Source: an uncultured Actinomycetes bacterium
Lineage (GTDB): Bacteria; Actinomycetota; Actinomycetes; Streptosporangiales; Streptosporangiaceae
Reading direction: 5' to 3'
DNA: 64,000 bases
NCBI GenBank assembly: GCA_963775825.1
Contig: CAVZKY010000035.1
Location: 2,542-66,541 of the forward strand
Shown here: positions 1 through 8,559 of the stretch, piece by piece
How positions within the stretch are numbered: position 1 is the first letter of the stretch
Layout of the letters: each line of letters begins with the position of its first letter
Position numbers and translations under genes: made by a program
Notes under the pieces: model-generated
Seen by the model: the letters and a program-made list of their open reading frames with translations, nothing else
The model's database searches: none
What the model was told of the DNA's origin: nothing

Positions 1-804
1 TACACCAGATCTGGCGAGCTTCCCATCGTCCCCGGCATCGATGGCGTAGGCCGCGCCCCCGACGGCACGCTGCGCTACTTCATCCTGCCCGAGACCACGA
101 TGGGCGCGATGGCCGAACAGACGGTCGTCGATCTCCGTCGTAGCGTCGCACTGCCCAGCGACAGCGACCCGGTACTCATCGCGGCGGCCATGAACCCCGC
201 CATGTCTTCGTGGATCGCCCTGCACCGCCGCATAACCTTCCGGCCCGGCCAGCGGGTCCTGATCCTGGGGGCGACCGGCAACGCCGGGCGAATGGCCGTC
301 CAGGTCGCCAGGCGCCTGGGCGCCAGCCAGGTCATCGGTGCCGGGCGCCAGCCCGAACAACTCGCCGCCCTCACCGATCTCGGCGCCGACGCGACTGTCT
401 CTCTCGATGGCCCCGCTGCCGATGTCGCCCAGCATCTCGGTCAGGCCGCCCGCCATGTCGACGTCGTTGTCGACTACCTCTGGGGCCAGGCCACGGCCGA
501 AGCGATGGCCGCTGTGGTGGTGAACCGCACCGACCAGGGACAGCCTCTGACCTGGGTCGAGATCGGCTCCGTCGCCGGGCCTACCGCCGCAGTGCCTTCC
601 GCGGCGCTCCGTGCCGTGCCCTTGCAGATCGTCGGCAGCGGACAAGGCTCGGTACCGGCCCCCGACATCCTGGCCGAGCTCCCCGAGCTGGCCACCGAAA
701 TCACCAGCGGGACCTTTCAGATAGCGGCGCGCCCCGTCCCGCTCGCTGATATCGAAACGGCCTGGAAAGACACCGACCGCCAGCGCATCGTCATCACGCC
801 TTAA
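1..804 (+). CDS. MDR-superfamily NAD(P)H:quinone oxidoreductase / zinc-type dehydrogenase-like protein, 5' end outside window
   Basis: Frame 1 is open from nt 1 (YTRSGELPIVPGIDGVGRAPDG...), so the M at 100 is internal. RVLILGATGNAGRMAVQVARRLGA is the Rossmann GxGxxG block typical of MDR quinone oxidoreductases. High GC3. Stop at 802-804. Confidence 0.7.
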   Translation, partial: YTRSGELPIVPGIDGVGRAPDGTLRYFILPETTMGAMAEQTVVDLRRSVALPSDSDPVLIAAAMNPAMSSWIALHRRITFRPGQRVLILGATGNAGRMAVQVARRLGASQVIGAGRQPEQLAALTDLGADATVSLDGPAADVAQHLGQAARHVDVVVDYLWGQATAEAMAAVVVNRTDQGQPLTWVEIGSVAGPTAAVPSAALRAVPLQIVGSGQGSVPAPDILAELPELATEITSGTFQIAARPVPLADIETAWKDTDRQRIVITP

Positions 805-1000
805 CCAGCCACCACGAGCCGGGAAGGCAGACGTCCCGGTTGGGGTCTGCCCTGCCTGAGGGTGTACGCCTACCGGATGAGACGGAAGCTCGGTGATGAA
901 ACGGGCAATTCCTGCGGAGCGGCCAACAACGCTGGCACCAAAGTCGAGGTCAAGCATGCTTCGGCAGCAATGGTGTCCTCTGGACACGGGTGGCCACCAG

Positions 1001-1049
1001 GGTGGCGTCCAAGATCGGGTGTAAATGAGAGGACGGGCGTAGGTTTCCC
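1001..1049 (+). repeat. IS256 left terminal inverted repeat
   Basis: About 49 bp that pair imperfectly with the reverse complement of 2451-2494. The first 10 nt are identical. Confidence 0.8.
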
Positions 1050-1090
1050 TTCGAAGACCGGCAAGTCTTCGAAGGGAAGGACCCACGCCC

Positions 1091-2447
1091 GTGCCTGTTC
1101 GAGTATCGCCCACTGACCGTATCCGCCACCACATCGATGAGCTTTTCGCCGAGGGCCGTTCGCTGCCGGAGATCCTGGAGGAGGTGGCCCGGCTGGGGGC
1201 CCAGCTGCTGATGCAGGCCGCGCTGGAGGCCGAGGTGACGGAGTTCCTGGGCCGCGACCGTTATCAGCGGGCCGCGGCCTGCGGCGATGCCCGGCCGGGG
1301 TCCCGCAACGGGTACCGGGAGGTGACCGTCAAGACCACCGCCGGGCCGGTCGAGGCTGGCCCGGCCGAAGCTGCGCGGCACGACGGAGGCGTTCGCGTCC
1401 CGGCTGTTCGGCGCCATGTGACCAAGACCAATGCGCTCGAGATCGCTGGTGATCGCCTCGTTCGTGCGTGGCCTGTCCGTCCGGGACGTGGAGGCGGCCC
1501 TGGCCGAGGCGCTGGGGGATCAGGCCGCGATCTCCAAGTCCACCGTCTCGTCGGTCTGCCAGCAGATCAAGGACGACTACGAGGCGCTGGTCAGCAGCGC
1601 CGCTCGACGGCGTCACGCTGGATTACCTGTTCCTGGACGCGTCCTTCTTCCGGATGCACCCCGGCTCCCCGGCCGAGCCGGTGCTGGCCGCCTGGGGCAT
1701 CACCACCAGCGGCAAGCCCGCGTTCATCGGCCTGGCGCCGGGCACCGGCGAATCCGCCGACGCCTGGACCGCCTTCCTGACCGACCTGAAGGACCGCGGC
1801 CTGGCCTCCCCGCTGCTGGTCATCAGCGACGGCGCCCCGGGCCTGATCGCCGCGATCGAGCAGGCCTACCCGAAGGCCCTGCGCCAGCGCTGTCTCATCC
1901 ACCGATGCCGGAACATCCTGGCCAAGATCCCGGCCGGGATGCAGGCCGAGGTCAAGGACGCCTACTGGAAAATCTTCGGCACCGGGGACCTGAAGACGGC
2001 GCCTGGCCCGAAGCTGGTGGACCTGATCGACGCGAGGATCAGCGAGATGGCCGCCCGGTACGCGCCCACCTACCCCGCGCGATGAAGGCCCTGACCACCG
2101 ACGCCGCAGGCCTGACCGCCTACCTGCGGTTCCCCGCCGAGCACCATCACCGCGTCCGGCACTCCAACTTCATCGAGCGCACCTTCGGCGAGACCCGCCG
2201 CCGCACCAAGGTCATCGGCCGGCTCCCCGGCGAGACCAGCTGCCTCACCCTCATCTGGGCCGTCCTGGACCGCGCCTCGGCCGGCTGGCGGGGCGTGAAC
2301 ATGACCCCCGACGGGCTCCGGCTGCTGCAGGACCTGCGCCGGTCCCTGCTCGACCCGCCCACCCAGCTGCGGCCACGCACCGTCACCACCAGCCAGCCCG
2401 CCGACGGCAGCGAAACTGTCAGCTACCGTCGCCTAACCTGCTCATGA
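1091..2447 (+). pseudogene. IS256-family transposase, reading frame broken about 5 times
   Basis: Family blocks are spread over three frames: NGYREVTVKTTAGPV, LARPKLRGTTEAFASRLFGA, VTKTNALE, SLVIASFVRGLSVRDVEAAL, LDGVTLDYLFLDASFF, LVISDGAPGLIAAIEQAYPKALRQRCLIHRCRNIL, RFPAEHHHRVRHSNFIERTFGETRRRTKVIGRLPGE. Frame switches lie near 1355, 1416, 1441, 1590 and 2080. Confidence 0.8.
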
Positions 2448-2450
2448 AGC

Positions 2451-2494
2451 CGGAAACCACGCCCGCCCATTTACACCGGAATCCGGACGCCACC
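2451..2494 (-). repeat. IS256 right terminal inverted repeat
   Basis: Its reverse complement aligns with 1001-1049. It is followed by the duplicated GGCCACCAG. Confidence 0.8.
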
Positions 2495-2800
2495 GGCCAC
2501 CAGTCATGCTGACGCCTACAAATGGGTCAATCAGGCAGCTAGCAAGACCATGGGCACAAATTTTGAGCTCACGGGTCTTAAGGACAAAGGACAGTACGTG
2601 TTGAAAGCCGATGGCTTGAACGGCGGATATCAGGTGTTCATTATCGGATAGTGACTTCGGACGGCTGCGATTACCCGCGACGGGCGTTGCTGTCGATCAG
2701 GCGGTACCGAGGCCGACCAGATACTGGCAGGGTCTGGGCGCTTTTGCGCCGCTAACGATCGTTTGGTGGGGTTATGGGACGCTGCAACGACAACGGTGGC

Positions 2801-5431
2801 TCAGCTGGGCGCCATGTCGACGAAGCGGCTGTAGTGACCCTGGAAAGCCACGGTGACGGTCGTGATCGGGCCGTTGCGGTGCTTGGCCACGATCAGGTCC
2901 GCCTCGCCCGCTCGCGGCGACTCACGCTCGTACGCGTCCTCCCGGTGCAGCAGGATCACTACGTCGCTATCCTGCTCGATGCTGTTGTGAAGGCTAACTC
3001 CGTTGGCGACGAAGTTGTGCGAACCAACCACGGTGGCGTCGTATACCGGCTGCTCGCCGATGCTTTCCACGGACGCGATCTCGTCCCAGAACACGTCGTT
3101 GGTCGCTATCATCTCGAGCTCGGCATCGTCAAGGATTGTCGCGACCCTCCCAAGCCGCGCCTGGCTCGGCGCGTGCTTCCACACGGTGCTGCCGCAGTAT
3201 CGGGTTCCGAGCGCGACGGCGAACTCGCGTTGCGGCATTTTCCGGTCCACCAGGGCGCTTCGTACCCGTTCCCATACTTCCCGCGGCACCGTGTCAAGGT
3301 TGGTATTGCCCTTGACGGCGCTGAGCATGGCCCGTGCCTTGTTCGCCATCGTCTCGCGAGCACCGTGCACGCCGATGTGCTCCAGGAAACGTAGCTGATT
3401 CTCGGCTCCGTAGAGGTGCAGGTGGTAACAGGGCCGGTGCGTCCCCTTGTTAACCTGCTTGACGCGCGTCATGACGTGGAAGCGCAGCAGCAGGCGCGAG
3501 AGATCATCGATCATCCGGCGACTTGTGGACGCGTAGTAAATGCTGGCGCACCCGGCCGTCGTGTCCCACCAGACGCACCCGTCTGTCGCCCACAAGTGGC
3601 GGACGAACAACGCCAGTTGCTCTTTCGGCAACGAGAATACGGGCGCAGGAACGAACTTCTCGTAGCTCCGGAGGCCGTACAGGCCGAGTGCGTCGAGCCA
3701 TACCGCGACCGGGTTGCGGCGCCCGCGGGCCAGCCGGAACGGCGCGGGGAGACGCAACGACGTGCACCGGGCTGCCGCATGGTCGTCCCGGGCCGGCGTG
3801 ATGCCAAAGTGCCGTGCGGCCGTGGCCACCGCAGCCAGGTTCGCTTCGTCGGTGCTGGCGTAGCGGATCGGCTGGCATCGGAGGAAAGATCCATCGCCAA
3901 GAAGGTGAGCCAGCATGATGATCTCAGGCTCGGGCATGGGCCGCTCGGCCAGCGGTCCGGGGGTGTGCCGGGGGACGGCGACCCGGCAACCGACGGTAAT
4001 TTCCCCCAGCGGCCGCCACCCGTCATAAGTGAGGAACGGATGGTTGGCGGTCGCCTGAACCTGGCGGCCAGACGTCAACCGCACGCGGAAGACCTCCCTG
4101 ACGCCACTCGGGAACGCATGCGTCATGGTCCGCGGGGTAAGACGCAGCCGCTCATCCAGCGACCAGACCGGGACATTGCGTTCTCCAGAGGCCAGCAATT
4201 CGCTGAGGGTAACCTCCGCGCCCGTGTCGGCGCGGAGAATCCGCGTGTCACCCGTCAGGCATCCCGACTCGCGCAGGTCGGACAGCAGCGGCTTCTTGTC
4301 GGTGCGCTGCTCCGGACCGCGGTTGAGCTGTGAGAGCGCGACCACCGGGACGTCGATCTCCTTCGCGAGCAGCTTCAGCGACCGGGACATCTCGGAGACT
4401 TCCTGCTGCCGGTTCTCCACCCGCTTCGGCGATGACATGAGCTGCAGGTAGTCGATGATCACCATGCGCAGGTCGTGCCGCTGCTTGAGCCGCCGGCACT
4501 TGGCCCGGATCTCCATCATCGACATGTTCGGGGAGTCATCGATATACAGCGGGGCGTCAGCGACCTCGCTCATCCGCCGGGCCAGCCTGGTCCAGTCGTC
4601 ATCGCTCATCTGCCCGGTGCGCATCGTGTGCAGCGGCACCCGGGCCTCGGCCGACAGCAGCCGCATGGTGATCTCGTTACGCCCCATCTCGAGGCTGAAG
4701 AACGCCGTGCTCAGCCCGTTCTTTATGGCTGCGGCGCGAGCAAAATCGAGAGCCAGCGTGCTTTTCCCGACGGCTGGCCGGGCCGCGATGACGATCATCT
4801 GGCCGGGGTGCAGGCCGTTGGTCAGCGAATCCAGGTCGGCGAAGCCGGTTGGCACGCCGGTCATCGCGCCACCGCGGCTGCCGATCGCCTCAATCTCGTC
4901 CAGCGCGCTCGGCATGATGTCGGCCAGCGAGTGATAGTCCTCGGTCACCCGGTGGTCGGTGATCGCGTAGACCTCGGCCTGGGCCCGGTCCACCAGGTCG
5001 TCGGCTTCGGCGTCACCCGCGTAGCCGAACTGGACGATCCGGGTGCCGGCCTCCACCAGCCGCCGCAGGATCGCCCGCTCCCGGACGATGCGGGCGTAGT
5101 ATCCCGCGTTCGCGGCCGTCGGCACGGACGCGATGAGGGTGTGCAGGTAGGGCGCCCCGCCGACCCGGCCGATCTCGCCCCGCCGGGTGAGCTCGTTGGC
5201 CACGGTGATCGCGTCCGCCGGCTCACCACGGCCGTACAGGTCCAAGACGATCTCATGGATGATCTGATGGGCCGGGCGGTAATGGTCGTGCGGCCGGATG
5301 ACCTCGATCACGTCGGAAATCGCGTCTTTGGACAGCAGCATCCCGCCGAGGACGCACTGTTCCGCGGCGACGTCGTGCGGAGGTGTCCGCTCGAACTCCT
5401 CACCGCGGGGAGCGATCTCGGCGACACTCAC
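2801..5431 (-). CDS. dnaB: Replicative DNA helicase DnaB, interrupted in frame by a 426-aa intein
   Basis: N-domain AAEQCVLGGMLLSKDAI. Walker A ARPAVGKSTLALDFA. Other helicase blocks are IIDYLQLM and LSQLNRGPEQR. C-extein SIEQDSDVVILLHREDAYE...AKHRNGP. Probable start is GTG 5431, preceded by GGGGGAAGG. The ORF stays open up to 5560. Confidence 0.95.
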   Translation of the reverse strand: MSVAEIAPRGEEFERTPPHDVAAEQCVLGGMLLSKDAISDVIEVIRPHDHYRPAHQIIHEIVLDLYGRGEPADAITVANELTRRGEIGRVGGAPYLHTLIASVPTAANAGYYARIVRERAILRRLVEAGTRIVQFGYAGDAEADDLVDRAQAEVYAITDHRVTEDYHSLADIMPSALDEIEAIGSRGGAMTGVPTGFADLDSLTNGLHPGQMIVIAARPAVGKSTLALDFARAAAIKNGLSTAFFSLEMGRNEITMRLLSAEARVPLHTMRTGQMSDDDWTRLARRMSEVADAPLYIDDSPNMSMMEIRAKCRRLKQRHDLRMVIIDYLQLMSSPKRVENRQQEVSEMSRSLKLLAKEIDVPVVALSQLNRGPEQRTDKKPLLSDLRESGCLTGDTRILRADTGAEVTLSELLASGERNVPVWSLDERLRLTPRTMTHAFPSGVREVFRVRLTSGRQVQATANHPFLTYDGWRPLGEITVGCRVAVPRHTPGPLAERPMPEPEIIMLAHLLGDGSFLRCQPIRYASTDEANLAAVATAARHFGITPARDDHAAARCTSLRLPAPFRLARGRRNPVAVWLDALGLYGLRSYEKFVPAPVFSLPKEQLALFVRHLWATDGCVWWDTTAGCASIYYASTSRRMIDDLSRLLLRFHVMTRVKQVNKGTHRPCYHLHLYGAENQLRFLEHIGVHGARETMANKARAMLSAVKGNTNLDTVPREVWERVRSALVDRKMPQREFAVALGTRYCGSTVWKHAPSQARLGRVATILDDAELEMIATNDVFWDEIASVESIGEQPVYDATVVGSHNFVANGVSLHNSIEQDSDVVILLHREDAYERESPRAGEADLIVAKHRNGPITTVTVAFQGHYSRFVDMAPS
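2984..4261 (-). mobile_element. DnaB intein with LAGLIDADG homing-endonuclease domain
   Basis: Inserted between ...LSDLRESG and SIEQDSD... Block A is CLTGDTRIL, with the Cys codon at 4261-4259. Block B is ATANHPF. The endonuclease motifs are LAHLLGDGSF and FVRHLWATDGCV. The terminal block is VYDATVVGSHNFVANGVSLHN followed by S, with the Asn codon at 2986-2984. Confidence 0.9.
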
Positions 5432-5563
5432 CAGCCAGCCCCTTCCCCCGTAGGCGGCGTCGCGCGAGGTAGCGCGAGAGGCCGGTCGGAACCGTTCTAG
5501 CGGACGGCTACGACAGTCTGGCGGTCCAGTCCCCAGGACGCCAACCCATGGTGTGCACACGCC

Positions 5564-5744
5564 TGTGGATAGCTTGTGAAGACACGCCGCCCGGACTGTG
5601 CACAGCCTGGGGAAGGCGGTGTGAAGAGGGTGGCCTCGCCTCGCCGCACATGCCTGCTAGCTGGGATGACGCTCTCCACGTCCTGTGCGGAAGAAAAAGA
5701 TTCGGCGCCTGCTGCTATCCACAGGCACAGCCAAGTTATCCACA
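5564..5744. promoter_or_regulatory. Cluster of three DnaA-box-like 9-mers ((T/C)TATCCACA) in the dnaB upstream / divergent promoter region
   Basis: TGTGGATAG at 5564-5572 (the box lies on the minus strand), CTATCCACA at 5715-5723 and TTATCCACA at 5736-5744. They lie 130-310 nt upstream of the dnaB start. Confidence 0.35.
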
Positions 5745-5890
5745 GGAAGGATGAGCGTCACGGCGGACGCGGGCGCGGGGTGAGGTGGCCGTGGCTGCCT
5801 TCCGGCTGGAGCCGCGGGCCGAGCTCGGACGAGACGCTCCTGGAGTTGACCGAACGGCGGCGGGCTGTCAGCCGGCCCCGCTAGTATCCG

Positions 5891-6127
5891 ATGGTGTGTT
5901 CGAGCGAGGACGGGGCGATCGCCGAGGTCATCAGCGCCATTGACCAGCTGGCCGCCGATTGCGGGGCCGGGCTCGCGGCGGCGGACATGCGCTCGCGGGT
6001 AGCCGGTATCTGGTCCATGCTGGCGGCTCTCGACCCGGAGCTGGCCCGGCTCACGGCGGCGTACGAGCGGCCCGCGCGGGACCAGCAACTAGCTGCGGAT
6101 ACGACAGAGCCGACCGCGACGGGATGA
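5891..6127 (+). CDS. Small acidic hypothetical protein (78 aa)
   Basis: Strong GC3 bias in this frame. The gene ends inside a perfect terminator hairpin. No recognisable domain. TAGTAT at 5882-5887 could be a -10 box for a leaderless transcript. Confidence 0.5.
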   Translation: MVCSSEDGAIAEVISAIDQLAADCGAGLAAADMRSRVAGIWSMLAALDPELARLTAAYERPARDQQLAADTTEPTATG

Positions 6128-6146
6128 TCATCCCGTCGCGGTCGGC
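6109..6146. terminator. Perfect 16-bp stem / 6-nt loop hairpin between convergent genes (bidirectional terminator candidate)
   Basis: GCCGACCGCGACGGGA-tgatca-TCCCGTCGCGGTCGGC. It lies between the small ORF (+) and rplI (-). Confidence 0.7.
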
Positions 6147-6156
6147 TCAACGTGGT

Positions 6157-6603
6157 TCAGGCCGGAACGACCTCGATATCGATGGTCGCGTTGACCTCAG
6201 GATGCAGCCGGACCCGTACCTGGTGCATGCCGGCCGTCTTGATCGGGTCGGGCACCTCGATCCGGCGCCGGTCGAGCTCGGGACCGCCGGCGCCGCGGAC
6301 GGCGTCGGCGATGTCGGCCGGCCCCACCGAACCGAACAGCCGGCCGTTGGTGCCCGCGCGCCGCGGCAGCCGGACCGGCAGATTCTGGAGCTCGGTCGCG
6401 GCGGCCTTCGCGTCATCCAGGCTGCGGATCTCCCGGACGGACCGGGCCCGCTGGATCAGGTCAACTTGCTTCTCGGCACCTCGGGTCCACCGCATGGCGA
6501 AGCCACGGGGAATGAGGTAGTTGCGCCCGTAACCGCTCGCGACGTCCACGACGTCGCCCGGCGCCCCGAGGCCGCTGACCTCCTGGGTGAGGATGAGCTT
6601 CAT
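6157..6603 (-). CDS. rplI: 50S ribosomal protein L9
   Basis: [36 protein letters not shown] is the canonical L9 N-terminus. Start moved to the MKLIL Met at 6603. Confidence 0.95.
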   Translation of the reverse strand: MKLILTQEVSGLGAPGDVVDVASGYGRNYLIPRGFAMRWTRGAEKQVDLIQRARSVREIRSLDDAKAAATELQNLPVRLPRRAGTNGRLFGSVGPADIADAVRGAGGPELDRRRIEVPDPIKTAGMHQVRVRLHPEVNATIDIEVVPA

Positions 6604-6638
6604 TGGTGTGCGGCTCATGTCGATGCCTCCCCGCGGAC

Positions 6639-6878
6639 TCAGCGAGCCGTGCTCGTGTAGGGCAGCAGCGCCATCTCGCGGGCGTTCTTGATCGCCGTGG
6701 CGACGTCCCGCTGATGCTGCGTGCAGTTACCGGTGACCCGCCGCGCGCGGATCTTGCCGCGGTCGGAGATGAACTTGCGGAGAAGGCCCGTGTCCTTGTA
6801 GTCCACGTAGGCGATCTGCTCCTGGCAGAAGACGCAGACCTTCTTCTTTGGCTTGCGTATTGGTGGCTTGGCCATCAT
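6639..6878 (-). CDS. rpsR: 30S ribosomal protein S18
   Basis: [64 protein letters not shown]. Confidence 0.95.
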   Translation of the reverse strand: MMAKPPIRKPKKKVCVFCQEQIAYVDYKDTGLLRKFISDRGKIRARRVTGNCTQHQRDVATAIKNAREMALLPYTSTAR

Positions 6879-6955
6879 GGTGCTCCTTTGCAGAGCCCCG
6901 CCTCAGGCGGGGATGGTCGGTGACTGATGTTGGTTCTGGTGTGGGGCACGCCTGG

Positions 6956-7504
6956 CTAGAACGGCGGCTCGTCGGTGAAGCCGCCGGGCTCCGAGGTCGC
7001 CCATGGGTCGGCCTCGGCCCGGCCGCCGCCGGACCCGCTGCCGCCGGAGCCGCCGTAACCCTGGCCGCCGCCCTGACCCTGGCCGCCGCCCTGACCCTGG
7101 CCGCCGCCCTGGTTCCCGCCGAATCCACCGCCGGACCGGCTGGCCCGGGCGACCTTCGCCGAGGCATTCCGCAGCGACGGACCCACGTCGTCGACCTCGA
7201 CTTCGTAGACGGTGCGCTTCTCGCCCTCTTTGGTCTCGTACGAGCGCTGCCGCAGCCGCCCGGAAACGATGACCCGCATGCCGCGCTGCAGGCTCTCGGC
7301 CACGTTTTCGGCCGCCTGCCGCCAGACGTTGCAGGTCAGGAACAGGCTGTCGCCGTCCTTCCATTCCCCGGTGGAGTTGTCGCGGAAGCGCGGCGTCGAA
7401 GCCACGCGGAAGCGCGCGACCGGCTGCCCGGCCGGCGTGAAACGAAGCTCGGGGTCGTCAACGAGGTTGCCCCCGATCGTGATCTGGGTGTCGCCTGCTG
7501 CCAT
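6956..7504 (-). CDS. ssb: Single-stranded DNA-binding protein
   Basis: OB-fold N-domain ([29 protein letters not shown]...[18 protein letters not shown]), a Gly-rich linker and the acidic tip DEPPF. Confidence 0.95.
   Translation of the reverse strand: MAAGDTQITIGGNLVDDPELRFTPAGQPVARFRVASTPRFRDNSTGEWKDGDSLFLTCNVWRQAAENVAESLQRGMRVIVSGRLRQRSYETKEGEKRTVYEVEVDDVGPSLRNASAKVARASRSGGGFGGNQGGGQGQGGGQGQGGGQGYGGSGGSGSGGGRAEADPWATSEPGGFTDEPPF
7061..7114 (-). repeat. In-frame 18-bp tandem repeat (3 copies) encoding the GQGGGQ linker of SSB
   Basis: ctggccgccgccctgacc occurs twice, plus one diverged copy. Confidence 0.7.
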
Positions 7505-7558
7505 CGGGCTGCTCCCGTCGTTACCGTGATCTTAGGGTTGATTAGCGGTGCGCCCCGG

Positions 7559-7849
7559 TCAGCGGACCTTCGGCCGCACAACCTTGGTACGGAGCACAGC
7601 TTCATTGAGGTTTAGCTGGCGGTCCAGCTCACGGACCGTGTCGGGCTCGGCGGACAAGTCCACGACCGCGTAGATGCCCTCAGGCCGCTTGTCGATGTCA
7701 TAGGCGAGGCGGCGCCTGCCCCAGATGTCCAGCTTCTCCACACGGCCGCCGCCAGAGGGGACGACCTGGAGAAACTGCTCAAGCGACGGCTGAACCGTGC
7801 GTTCCTCGAGCGTAGGGTCGAGGATGATCATCATTTCGTAGTTGCGCAT
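7559..7849 (-). CDS. rpsF: 30S ribosomal protein S6
   Basis: [19 protein letters not shown]...[16 protein letters not shown]. Start at Met 7849, preceded by AGGAGG. Confidence 0.95.
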   Translation of the reverse strand: MRNYEMMIILDPTLEERTVQPSLEQFLQVVPSGGGRVEKLDIWGRRRLAYDIDKRPEGIYAVVDLSAEPDTVRELDRQLNLNEAVLRTKVVRPKVR

Positions 7850-7861
7850 GATTGAGTCCTG

Positions 7862-7906
7862 CCTCCTCTGGACTGATGCGGTCACGGTCTCTCCGTGACA
7901 GGAGGG
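7862..7906 (-). promoter_or_regulatory. Candidate rpsF 5' leader structure with an anti-SD (CCUCCU) that can sequester the SD (AGGAGG)
   Basis: mRNA sense: CCCUCCUG-[GUCACGG agaga CCGUGAC]-ccgcaucaguc-CAGAGGAGG-...AUG. There are six contiguous pairs between CCUCCU and the SD, plus a nested 7-bp hairpin. Confidence 0.35.
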
Positions 7907-8013
7907 CTGCGACAGCGGCGGCTCCGGCGGCCTGCCACAATTTCACAGCGCGGTAAGCATACCGTGGGCCGCCGACAGTCCGGACCGTATCGCTACGGCC
8001 CCCGGCCAGATAC

Positions 8014-8054
8014 CCGGGCTGTTTCACAGTGCTGTTCTCACCGGGCTGTTTCAC
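8014..8054 (+). repeat. Three 13-14-bp-spaced direct repeats GCTGTT(T/C)(T)CAC in the rpsF / membrane-protein divergent intergenic region
   Basis: CCGGGCTGTTTCAC occurs at 8014-8027 and 8041-8054, with the diverged GCTGTTCTCAC between them. Each copy contains TGTTTCAC, which is half of a parS site. Confidence 0.5.
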
Positions 8055-8131
8055 CGGGGCCAAACCTGTGATTCCGGGGCTCGGACCGGGGAAGAATCAT
8101 GATCAGCTGATGCGCCAATGCAGTTGCTGAG

Positions 8132-8494
8132 ATGGAGGTGGCGGACGTGGCAGGCACAGACATGCCAAGTACAGGGCAGGCCGACCCGCAGGCGCAGCAG
8201 GTGGCGACCGCGCAGGCTGGCCAGCGTCATATGGCCCTGAACGTCCTCGCGGTCGTGACCATCGTCCTGGGCCTGGTCTCCTTCGCCCTGGGCATGATCG
8301 TGCGGAACGAGACGTCGGCCTCGGCGGCGCTGCACGTGACCGCCACGGTCACCGGGGCCATCGCCATCATCCTGGGGCTGTACATACAAATGATCTCGGC
8401 CACCCGGACGGAGCGGATCATCGTCGTCACGGGCATGATCGCGGGCTTCGTCGGCGCCTGCCTCGGGCTGGCCCACGGCGGCTTCTCGGGCTGA
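8132..8494 (+). CDS. Hypothetical integral membrane protein (3 predicted TM segments)
   Basis: Hydrophobic stretches LNVLAVVTIVLGLVSFALGMIV, VTATVTGAIAIILGLYIQMI and IIVVTGMIAGFVGACLGLA. GC3 is consistent with coding. Confidence 0.55.
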   Translation: MEVADVAGTDMPSTGQADPQAQQVATAQAGQRHMALNVLAVVTIVLGLVSFALGMIVRNETSASAALHVTATVTGAIAIILGLYIQMISATRTERIIVVTGMIAGFVGACLGLAHGGFSG

Positions 8495-8559
8495 ACCGCG
8501 AGCGTCCGGCGGAAGCGGGCGAACGGGGGGACGACGCGACGCTGGGCTAGGCTCGGGCC

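Larger units (their letters stand above)
1001..2494 (+). mobile_element. IS256-family insertion sequence (1494 bp) with terminal inverted repeats and 9-bp target-site duplication
   Basis: Left end is GGTGGCGTCCaagatcGGGTGTAAATG..CGGGCGTaGGTTTCC. It matches the reverse complement of the right end, GGTGGCGTCCggattccGGTGTAAATG..CGGGCGTgGGTTTCC. Identical direct repeats GGCCACCAG sit at 992-1000 and 2495-2503. The interior encodes an IS256/mutator-type transposase. Confidence 0.85.

Noticed and set aside
5576-6088. ORFs 5576-5884(+) and 5657-6088(-) in the dnaB upstream region
   Set aside because: GC3 bias is poor, the products are Arg-rich, and they overlap each other. The region is better explained as a promoter and DnaA-box region plus the 5891-6127 small gene.
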